Virus record (IMG/VR): IMGVR_UViG_3300032288_004964
Span: 62,001 to 126,000 of that record
Length of the DNA: 64,000 nt
Direction: 5' to 3' (one strand)
Both the position numbers and the translations under genes were made by a program. Shown one piece after another: positions 56,036-64,000 of the stretch. The stretch's first letter is position 1; each line of letters opens with the position of its first letter. The notes under the pieces are model-generated. The model was not told the origin of the DNA. It made no database searches and was given only the letters and a program-made list of their open reading frames with translations.

Positions 56036-56137
56036 ATGCCATTTCCACATTATAACATATATCTCAGTTCTATTCTAAAAAGAAATAGAAGAAGGAAATT
56101 TATTGAAAAATTATTTTCTAAAAAGTCTGATAAGTAA
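56036..56137 (+). CDS. 33-aa mini-protein: tail-tube-like N-terminus plus basic tag (not in ORF track)
   Basis: MPFPHYNIYLSSILKRNRRRKFIEKLFSKKSDK; ATG 2 nt after the upstream stop. Confidence 0.45.
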   Translation: MPFPHYNIYLSSILKRNRRRKFIEKLFSKKSDK

Positions 56138-56152
56138 TTATCAGACTTTTTT
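56121..56152 (+). terminator. Intrinsic terminator
   Basis: AAAAGTCTGATAA..TTATCAGACTTTTTT. Confidence 0.85.
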
Positions 56153-56200
56153 ATTTATACTATGATATTTTAATATATAGTATAAAATTATCAATTTTTA

Positions 56201-58585
56201 ATGCCAAGTACTTATAGTATAAATGTTGGTTCATCCACAGAAGCTCATAGATTAGCAACAATTGAAGATGTTTTAAATTTACTTCCAGATAATTTAGAAA
56301 AATTAGTCAATCCTATTGATGTCAGAAGTGTTGTTTATTCTACTTGGGAAAACTCAGTATTTAAACAATTAACCGGTAGTGCTTCAATTGAATATATTGG
56401 TATTCATAGAAATGATATTTATAATAAAATTTATTTTGGTAAGAAACAATTATCAAGTAATGATATAATGAGTTCATCTCTTCTTAATAGTGATGTTGAT
56501 ACATTCTTTTATAACACAAAATCTGATTCTAATTTATCAAACCAATATACTAAAATAAGTATTTTATCTGGTACAAATTCTGGTTGGTATAATATAGCTC
56601 CTTATATGAGATCTTATATAGCAATCAGTCCTCCTAATCCTGTGTTAGCCCCAAGTATTATTGGGAGTTCTATTGCTGTTGGAAATACACCTCAAGGAAT
56701 TGCGTTTAACCCTATTAGTAACACGATGTATGTATGTAATGCTTCATCGGCTACTATATCTGTTATAGATTGTGTTACAAATACAGTTATTTCTACAATA
56801 ATTTTACCTGCGAGTTATCCTCAAAGAATAGCTTATTGTTCAGTAAATAATACAATGTATATCGGTAATGCTCCTCCATCTATTAATGGCAACAATGTAT
56901 TTGTTATAGATTGTAATACAAATACACTTGTAGCTACTATAATAGGTTGTGGAGTAGCTTTGGCATATAATCCTGTTAATAATAAAATGTATTGTTGTAG
57001 AAATCTTACAGGGGTATCAGTAATTGATTGTAATACTAATACATTTACGAATATCGCAACTCCAAATTGTTCTAATATAGATTACAATTCTTTAAGTAAT
57101 ACTATGTATTTTACCACAGGAGCAAGTGGTAATGTTGTAGTTATAAATTGTGTCACAAATACTATTAGTTCTACTATATCAATAGGAGTTAACTCAACAT
57201 CAATAGTATATAACTCATTAAATAACACAATGTATGTTAGTAATCCTGGATTGTCTAGTATAAAGATTATAAATTGTAATACCAATACTGTAACATCTAC
57301 TATAACTACTTCGGGAAATGTATCTACCATGATTTACATTCCATTATTTAATTATATTTATTTTTCCAATTTTACATTGGATACTGTTGATATTATAGAT
57401 TGTAATACTAATTTAGTAGTAAATTCTTTACCAATTTTTAGTGTTAGATATTTATCATATAATTACTTAACTAATATCATATATGTTACAAATCAAAATA
57501 CTGCTAATGTCACATTAATTTCTGCTCCTCCTCCAGTGGGTTATAGTTTTTCACAAGTTATTCAGTATAGAATTACTAATCCATCATCTGGTAATGTTTA
57601 TGTTACCACAGATTCTGGTAGAGTTTATATAAATGATATAGGTTTACCAACTATCAATGAGACAATCGGATCAGCATCAAACAATGCTATTTTAGAATAT
57701 AGTAATGGTAATTTAAGTTGGACATTCAATAATTATACAGCAGCATCGATTGGTACACCTGGTCTTACTTTATCAATCTTGGGAAATCCAATTACAGTAA
57801 ATGGATATAATATAGAATTAACAGATAGTAGACCAATTATTCAAGATTCATTTAATAGTATTCAAAGTGGACAAACATTTTCTAAAGCCACTTTGGTTGA
57901 TGTGATAGAAAGAATGTTATATTCTTATATACCACCAATTGTTAGTTTATCTGTAAGTCCTTCTATTGGTGAGAAGGGTAATCCACCCACTATTACTGTT
58001 ACATATACTATTACAAAGGAAACTGATCCTGTAATTAATTGTCAGTTTCCATCTGGAAATGTTATTGGATTTTCAAGTCCGGCTCCTATAAATGCTCCGG
58101 GAACTTCTATAGTGAGTGGTAATGTTACCGGAATAGCTCCTTTTGGGTTTACATCTTCATACATATTTCAGGTTACTGATTCTGGAGTTTCTAATGGTAA
58201 TGTACCAACTACAGTTAGCACTTCAGCAACTTTTAATTTAGTTTATCCTTATTTCTGGGGTATTACTTCCTCAAATGCGGTAAATGCTTCTCAAATGAAT
58301 TCCATACTTAGTGGTCTATCAAAATCAGTTAGTAGTAAGTCTAATAAAACTGCTATTTTTAATGGTGTTGGATATGTTTATTTTGCTTATCCAAGTAGTT
58401 ATGGATATTTATCTCAAATTTTAGATGAGAATACTAATCCTGTTTCATTTACATATTCTATATATAGTGGACCAGGATTGACATCTCCAGGTTATTATTG
58501 GTCGAATGTTTCATACATAGTTTATAAAATTGGACCAACAACAGTCGGATTTCCAAATTCAGTTAGTTGGCAATTTGATTATTAA
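56201..58585 (+). CDS. Virion fibre/appendage protein with YVTN beta-propeller
   Basis: About 7 blades I.YN..NNTMYV...VIDC.TNT; C-terminal VYPYFWG...YFAYP..YG.L..I.D module. Confidence 0.7.
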   Translation: MPSTYSINVGSSTEAHRLATIEDVLNLLPDNLEKLVNPIDVRSVVYSTWENSVFKQLTGSASIEYIGIHRNDIYNKIYFGKKQLSSNDIMSSSLLNSDVDTFFYNTKSDSNLSNQYTKISILSGTNSGWYNIAPYMRSYIAISPPNPVLAPSIIGSSIAVGNTPQGIAFNPISNTMYVCNASSATISVIDCVTNTVISTIILPASYPQRIAYCSVNNTMYIGNAPPSINGNNVFVIDCNTNTLVATIIGCGVALAYNPVNNKMYCCRNLTGVSVIDCNTNTFTNIATPNCSNIDYNSLSNTMYFTTGASGNVVVINCVTNTISSTISIGVNSTSIVYNSLNNTMYVSNPGLSSIKIINCNTNTVTSTITTSGNVSTMIYIPLFNYIYFSNFTLDTVDIIDCNTNLVVNSLPIFSVRYLSYNYLTNIIYVTNQNTANVTLISAPPPVGYSFSQVIQYRITNPSSGNVYVTTDSGRVYINDIGLPTINETIGSASNNAILEYSNGNLSWTFNNYTAASIGTPGLTLSILGNPITVNGYNIELTDSRPIIQDSFNSIQSGQTFSKATLVDVIERMLYSYIPPIVSLSVSPSIGEKGNPPTITVTYTITKETDPVINCQFPSGNVIGFSSPAPINAPGTSIVSGNVTGIAPFGFTSSYIFQVTDSGVSNGNVPTTVSTSATFNLVYPYFWGITSSNAVNASQMNSILSGLSKSVSSKSNKTAIFNGVGYVYFAYPSSYGYLSQILDENTNPVSFTYSIYSGPGLTSPGYYWSNVSYIVYKIGPTTVGFPNSVSWQFDY

Positions 58586-58626
58586 ACTTTAAATAATTAA
58601 TATATACAAAAAAGATAAAATTATTA

Positions 58627-61611
58627 ATGCCAGCAACTTATAGTATAAATAATAATACAGCATATGAAGCGGTTAGATTAACCACAATAGGATCCGTACT
58701 TAATCTCCTACCTGATAATACAAATAAATTAATCTCACCAAGAGATACTAGAGATGCTATTTATTCATCATGGGAGGCATCTGTATTTAAACAATTAACC
58801 GGTAGCGCTTCCATTGAATATATTGGTATTGATAGAAATGGACTAAATAATAAAATTTTATTTGGTAAAAAACAATTAGCTGGATTAGATGTTCTTAATA
58901 GTACTTTATTAAATTATAATTTTAATGATACTGATATTTTCTTTTTTAATAACAAAAATGGTATTACACCAAGTAATACAAAAATATCTTTTTTAGCTGG
59001 TACAAATTCAATTTTATATCCATATGCTCCTTATATAAACTCATATCAAGGAACATCATCTTTGCATTTAGAAATTGTTAATCAAACAGGTGATATAACA
59101 ATTGATAGTAGTATTGGTAGAGTTTCAATTAATAATGTAACTTTTCCTACAAAATTAGAAACCGCGTCGGCGTCAAATGGTCAAATATTAAAATACTATA
59201 ATGGTAGATTAATTTGGGATAATAACACAATTAATCTTGCTTCAATTGGAAGTACCAACTCTGTTACTAATATTTATGGTAGTCCAGTTTTAGTGAACGG
59301 ACACAGTTTAGAATTAACTGAGTCTTCTCCTATAATTGCAACATTTGGGAATATAGAACCAGGTCAAACATTTAGTAGTGCTCCTTTAACAGAAGTTGTT
59401 AGACAAATGTTATACCCACATTTAGGTCCTGATGTTAGTTTATTAATTAATGTTAGTCCTTATAATGAAACACCTAGTGGTTATACTACATCAGCAGTTG
59501 CTGAATTTGGAAATATATATGTTTCGGATATTGAATTAGCTTGGTCTATTACTAAAAAGTCAGATCCTGTTATATTTGCTGGATTGAGTAATTCTTATGT
59601 GGGTGGGTTTGCTCCTACTTTACCTATTAGTTATCCGGGATTAACATCTATTTCTGGTGTTTCTTTAGGATACACTCCTTCTACTTCAATGACTTATACT
59701 TTAAGTGTTTATGATAGTGGTGTTACTAATTATCCATTAGATAATATGGCAATTGCTACTGGATCAAGTACTGTTACTTACGCTACTGCCTCAGTTACCT
59801 TAGATTTGGTTTATCCATTCTTTTATGGCGTTTCCACTTATAGTGTTGTTTCTGGGACATCCAATTTTGTTAGATCTCAGTTAGATTTAATTATACCCAC
59901 TCTTAATAAACTAATTGAAAAAGAATCTGATAAGTCTGTTCCACTAAGTGGTACAGGTTATATTTATTATTGTATACCAGAGACATATCAATCATTGGTT
60001 CAAGTAATTGATCAGAATGGATTTGATATCACTACATCATTTGAACAAATTTTAAGATATATTGGACCTAATGAATATAACCCACTTATAGAATCCCCTG
60101 ATTCATATTGGGATAATATTGGATATGAAATTTGGAAACATGGACCAACTACTGTTGTTCCTAGTTTAACTGACTGGCAATTTAAATTAGCGGCTCCTAC
60201 TACTACAACTACAACAACTACTGCTGCGCCAACTACAACAACTACAACAACTGCTGCACCAACAACTACAACAACAACGGTAGCTCCTACTACAACAACT
60301 ACAACAACTGTGGCTCCGACTACAACTACAACTACAACTGCAGCACCTATACCTGATTTTGTATATGGTCAGTCTATTATGTATGATGTAGCTGGTGCGA
60401 TTGATATAAGTTCACCCTTGAATATAATTGTGGCTAGTCCATCAACTGTAAAAGTTATATCTACACAAGGTCAGAGAACTCCAATTAATACAATTGGTAC
60501 TGGATTATTCTTATTTACATATGTTCCGAATGATCCATTAGACTATGGTAATTATAATATCCAATTAGATTCAAATACATATACAAATGCTATGATTATT
60601 AATACTAATCTTACTCCACCTACTGCTCCTATGCCTAATTGTGCTATAGATACTGCAATTTGGGATAGTATAGATACTGTAAACTTTACAAGTTTGCAAA
60701 TTTGGGATCCAACTTCTGTTGTAGTATATGATCCAAACTTTAACATAGTTAGTAGCACAGTTACTAGTTTATTACCAGCATCTATACAGTTTACTCCTAC
60801 TATGTTAGGTACTTATAGTGTGGCTTTAGATTCATTTAATGTTCCTTTTTACTCGGATCCACTTAGACCTAATCCTTGTGTATATAGATTTGATATAGCT
60901 ACTTATTCACCTGCTACAACAACTACTACAACAACTGCGGCACCGACTACAACTACAACAACGGCAGCTCCAACTACAACAACTACAACAACTGCTTATG
61001 TATGTCCATCTGGTGATTTTTATTCATATGTAAGTCCTACTAGCTCTAATTATATTACAATAGTTTCTGCTGGTAATATTCAATTAGTTGATGACAATTT
61101 ACATTCTGGTAATATTACTGTTTTGGGCCCACCATCAAATACTAATCCTCTTACTAATGTTTATCCACTTCAATCGGGAACATTCTCATTTACATTTGAT
61201 ATCTTTGATCCTAATTTTTCTCAGTATGGACTATTCTGGATTGTAATTAGTGATGGTACTTATAGTTGTACTTATAAACAAATGCCTACTCCTCCACATA
61301 GTCCAGTAGATGCTGGTGTTTATATTCCGGATTCAGAGCCGGCTCCAATAACTTCAGGTAATGGCTCTTTAGAATGTGCTGTAAATGACTTAATTGCTGA
61401 TACTGGTACTAAAAATATTGCTAGTCCAACTAACATTAATGTAGTTGATGTAAACTCAGTTATTTTCTGGGATGAGTCTTATAATGTAATAACTCCTATC
61501 ACACCAATAGTTGTCGGTCATCTAAATGCTACATTTACAAGTTTAAATCCTTTATCAAATTATTACATTAGTGTGGATGGATGTTTATATAATGTTGTTA
61601 GTTCTGCATAA
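58627..61611 (+). CDS. Paralogous virion protein with mucin-like Thr tracts
   Basis: Shares N- and C-terminal modules with 56201..58585; (A/V)APTn repeats. Confidence 0.7.
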   Translation: MPATYSINNNTAYEAVRLTTIGSVLNLLPDNTNKLISPRDTRDAIYSSWEASVFKQLTGSASIEYIGIDRNGLNNKILFGKKQLAGLDVLNSTLLNYNFNDTDIFFFNNKNGITPSNTKISFLAGTNSILYPYAPYINSYQGTSSLHLEIVNQTGDITIDSSIGRVSINNVTFPTKLETASASNGQILKYYNGRLIWDNNTINLASIGSTNSVTNIYGSPVLVNGHSLELTESSPIIATFGNIEPGQTFSSAPLTEVVRQMLYPHLGPDVSLLINVSPYNETPSGYTTSAVAEFGNIYVSDIELAWSITKKSDPVIFAGLSNSYVGGFAPTLPISYPGLTSISGVSLGYTPSTSMTYTLSVYDSGVTNYPLDNMAIATGSSTVTYATASVTLDLVYPFFYGVSTYSVVSGTSNFVRSQLDLIIPTLNKLIEKESDKSVPLSGTGYIYYCIPETYQSLVQVIDQNGFDITTSFEQILRYIGPNEYNPLIESPDSYWDNIGYEIWKHGPTTVVPSLTDWQFKLAAPTTTTTTTTAAPTTTTTTTAAPTTTTTTVAPTTTTTTTVAPTTTTTTTAAPIPDFVYGQSIMYDVAGAIDISSPLNIIVASPSTVKVISTQGQRTPINTIGTGLFLFTYVPNDPLDYGNYNIQLDSNTYTNAMIINTNLTPPTAPMPNCAIDTAIWDSIDTVNFTSLQIWDPTSVVVYDPNFNIVSSTVTSLLPASIQFTPTMLGTYSVALDSFNVPFYSDPLRPNPCVYRFDIATYSPATTTTTTTAAPTTTTTTAAPTTTTTTTAYVCPSGDFYSYVSPTSSNYITIVSAGNIQLVDDNLHSGNITVLGPPSNTNPLTNVYPLQSGTFSFTFDIFDPNFSQYGLFWIVISDGTYSCTYKQMPTPPHSPVDAGVYIPDSEPAPITSGNGSLECAVNDLIADTGTKNIASPTNINVVDVNSVIFWDESYNVITPITPIVVGHLNATFTSLNPLSNYYISVDGCLYNVVSSA
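60190..60348 (+). repeat. Coding tandem repeat (A/V)APT6-8, five units
   Basis: ACT/ACA tracts separated by GCN CCN. Confidence 0.9.
60910..60996 (+). repeat. Second poly-Thr/AP repeat block
   Basis: PATTTTTTTAAPTTTTTTAAPTTTTTTTA. Confidence 0.9.
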
Positions 61612-61643
61612 ATAGTAAAATAAAAAAATGAATATATAGTAAT

Positions 61644-63608
61644 ATGGCAATAAATATAACAGATGGTTTTAATCTAAATTACGCAGCTCCAGTTGATTAC
61701 AGAATGGTAGTTGCTGACTCTACTGCTAGAATAGCACTTACATATAAATATGATGGATTAAAAGTATTCCAATCTGATAATAGAAATACTTATATCTATA
61801 ATTTATCCTCTACTAGTTGGGAAATTGAAAATTCTGATAAGATTACAGCATCGGGATCAACTAACTATATTCCTAAATTCACAGGAACTAATTCAACAAC
61901 CGGAGCTTGGATACTTGGAAATTCACCTATCTCTGCTATTGGTGGTAATGTTGGTATTAGTACAAATAATCCAACAGGAGCGTATACCTATTTACAAATA
62001 GGAGGTACTAGTCTAACAGAAGATCCATATTGGTATTCTGGTCAATCTTTACCTTTAATAATTCATAAAGGTGGTGTTGCTGTAATTGGATATAATTGGT
62101 ATTGGTCAGGTGTTGCTGATGCTTATTTTGATAGTGCTGTTGGATCATCAACAATATCATTTTTTGATAGTGCTATTGGATTTAGAACAAGACCTGGATC
62201 AGGATCTTTTGTTTATAGTATGTTTGTTTATCCAGGATATGTTGTCTTTTCAGATGCTCTAACTAGTGGTTCAACTAAATCTCCTATGATTAGATCTCAA
62301 GGATCTACTTCACATTCTACACAAACAACACCAGATTTTACTTGGTACAACAATGATCAAACTGGTATTTTTAGACCATCAGCTAATGTTATAGCTTTTA
62401 CTAATGATGGTTCTGAGTCGGCTAGAATTACAGCAGATGGATCTGTTATTATTGGAACATCTACTGTTACTCCTACTCCTATTCATACACTTACTCTTTC
62501 TGAATTACTACTTGGTTATTCTAGTATGTTTCCATCTGTTACTCCAAAATTAAATATTCTTGTTGGTAATTCAATCTCAAATTATGAAGAGCTTATGGTT
62601 TTAAGAGGACTTAAAGGTTCTGTTAGTAATACATTAACAAGATTAGGTATTATTATGAAACTTTCTGATGAGTATGATGCTAATGAGTCTAGTAAAATGG
62701 GTGGTATGATTTTAGAATCAACACAAGGATACTCTAATTCACCATCATTGTATTTGACTACTGCTAATTCAAAAAGATTGGGTATAGATTATTATGGTAA
62801 TGTCCTTATTGGAACAACAACTCCATTTTCATTAGGTACTGGTCAGGATTCTTTATTTACTCTTAATGGTACAGCCAGTGTTACTGCTGTATATCATGGC
62901 ACTGGAACTAATAATTGGCCATCTATATCTTTTAAAAATGACCAAAGCACTGGTATTTATTGGGCATCTCCTTATACAATTGGTTTCTCTACTGCTGGCT
63001 CTCAAAGAATGACAATCAGTAATAATGTTGGTATTGGTTTATCAAGTCCTACTTATAAACTTACCGTAAATGGTGTAATACAAGGCAAATCTATTACTTC
63101 AAAAGTAGTTAGTGGGACTACATTAAATGTAGGTGGTAGTTTTTATAATGGTGATGTGCATTTATTATTTGGTCAAGTAAATGGGTCTAATAATTCATTT
63201 ATACAATCTACTTCAGGTGATGTGACTTATAGTGGATCTAATATTGGTACAGCTTCTTACACATTGATGTTAAATCCAGGTGGTGGTGTAGTTCAATACT
63301 TGACTGGTAATCTTGTAGCTATATCAGATTCTCGTGAAAAGAGAGATATAAATTATACATTTAATTATGGCTTAGATGAAGTTAATTTATTAAAACCAGC
63401 CACATTCAAATATCTTAACTCTGATGAATCAGTTATGGGATTTGTTGCTCAAGATATTATGGATATAATTCCTGATTTAATTTCTAAATATAAGATATCA
63501 GAAGATGAGGATAGATTATCATTAAAGGAAACTTCAATTATGCCAATTTTAGTAAAGGCTATACAAGAGTTATCAGATAGAGTTAAATACTTAGAATCTA
63601 ATAATTAA
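61644..63608 (+). CDS. Tail fibre with C-terminal peptidase S74 intramolecular chaperone
   Basis: GNVGI repeats; SDSREKRDI, L.P..F.Y, GFVAQD, LVKAIQEL. Confidence 0.85.
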   Translation: MAINITDGFNLNYAAPVDYRMVVADSTARIALTYKYDGLKVFQSDNRNTYIYNLSSTSWEIENSDKITASGSTNYIPKFTGTNSTTGAWILGNSPISAIGGNVGISTNNPTGAYTYLQIGGTSLTEDPYWYSGQSLPLIIHKGGVAVIGYNWYWSGVADAYFDSAVGSSTISFFDSAIGFRTRPGSGSFVYSMFVYPGYVVFSDALTSGSTKSPMIRSQGSTSHSTQTTPDFTWYNNDQTGIFRPSANVIAFTNDGSESARITADGSVIIGTSTVTPTPIHTLTLSELLLGYSSMFPSVTPKLNILVGNSISNYEELMVLRGLKGSVSNTLTRLGIIMKLSDEYDANESSKMGGMILESTQGYSNSPSLYLTTANSKRLGIDYYGNVLIGTTTPFSLGTGQDSLFTLNGTASVTAVYHGTGTNNWPSISFKNDQSTGIYWASPYTIGFSTAGSQRMTISNNVGIGLSSPTYKLTVNGVIQGKSITSKVVSGTTLNVGGSFYNGDVHLLFGQVNGSNNSFIQSTSGDVTYSGSNIGTASYTLMLNPGGGVVQYLTGNLVAISDSREKRDINYTFNYGLDEVNLLKPATFKYLNSDESVMGFVAQDIMDIIPDLISKYKISEDEDRLSLKETSIMPILVKAIQELSDRVKYLESNN

Positions 63609-64000
63609 TTATATCTTCTCAAACCACCAATTAAAGTAGATATAATTATCTCCAACTAAGTTGTAATAGTCAGGTCCATATTTTACTATGATTTTATCAT
63701 TATGAGATCTGATTAACTCAATCTCAATTCCTTTTTCCATTTTTAGTTGTTTACCAGTTTCTGTTGAATAACAAACTACTTCATCATTTAAAAGTTTATA
63801 CATTCCTGGCTCGGGTTTTAACCAAGCTTTAATAGTTTTAATTATTAAGCCTTTTGTTTTAATAATCCATTCTTTAGATTGATATAAGTCAAAATCTTTG
63901 AAAACTTCAGATTTGAACTCTGGATTATTCATAATATTTTTAATAACTCCCCAGTATTCTTCTTCTCCTATTATAAAACTAACATAAACATCATAATTAA
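63609..64000 (-). CDS. Hypothetical protein (5' truncated by window)
   Basis: Frame stays open upstream of ATG 63932 to the window end (NYDVYVSFIIGEEEYWGVIKNI). Confidence 0.6.
   Translation of the reverse strand, partial: NYDVYVSFIIGEEEYWGVIKNIMNNPEFKSEVFKDFDLYQSKEWIIKTKGLIIKTIKAWLKPEPGMYKLLNDEVVCYSTETGKQLKMEKGIEIELIRSHNDKIIVKYGPDYYNLVGDNYIYFNWWFEKI

Noticed and set aside
60190-60996. ACT/ACA repeats as CRISPR, DGR or phase-variable microsatellite
   Set aside because: In-frame poly-Thr coding with synonymous variation; no reverse transcriptase or template repeat in the window.
1-64000. Stop-codon recoding as in Lak or some crAss-like phages
   Set aside because: Genes are full length in code 11. 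TAG ends nrdA and others, and TGA ends ORF 34584, so neither is reassigned.

Overview
This AT-rich, densely coding 64 kb window comes from a very large T4-related (jumbo) myophage using the standard genetic code. The host is probably Bacteroidota: there are no Shine-Dalgarno motifs and one TAnnTTTG promoter. It encodes tail and baseplate genes (gp26/gp51-like, gp19-like tube, tape-measure-like, large fibres, an S74-chaperone fibre). Replication and nucleotide genes include a gp47 nuclease, the N-terminal half of a split PolB, a minimal PolA-like protein, DinG- and DnaB-like helicases, thyA, nrdA and a Nei glycosylase. There is also a glycosyl/pyruvyl/sulfo/methyl-transferase cluster. Main highlights: (1) a Ro60/TROVE gene preceded by a ~425-nt structured non-coding unit with its own promoter and terminator and repeated Y-RNA-like modules, plus other RNA-end enzymes; (2) small proteins made of capsid, tail-tube or ATPase fragments carrying a shared 'R-x-x-x-I-x-x-(L/I/V)' tag, possibly decoys; (3) a candidate virion O-glycosylation system with mucin-like and T-x-S-rich virion proteins; (4) a capsid-targeting-like N-terminal peptide on about 13 proteins, including enzymes; (5) two phage promoter classes, one apparently giving leaderless mRNAs. 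All family calls are by-eye motif recognition; no searches were run.
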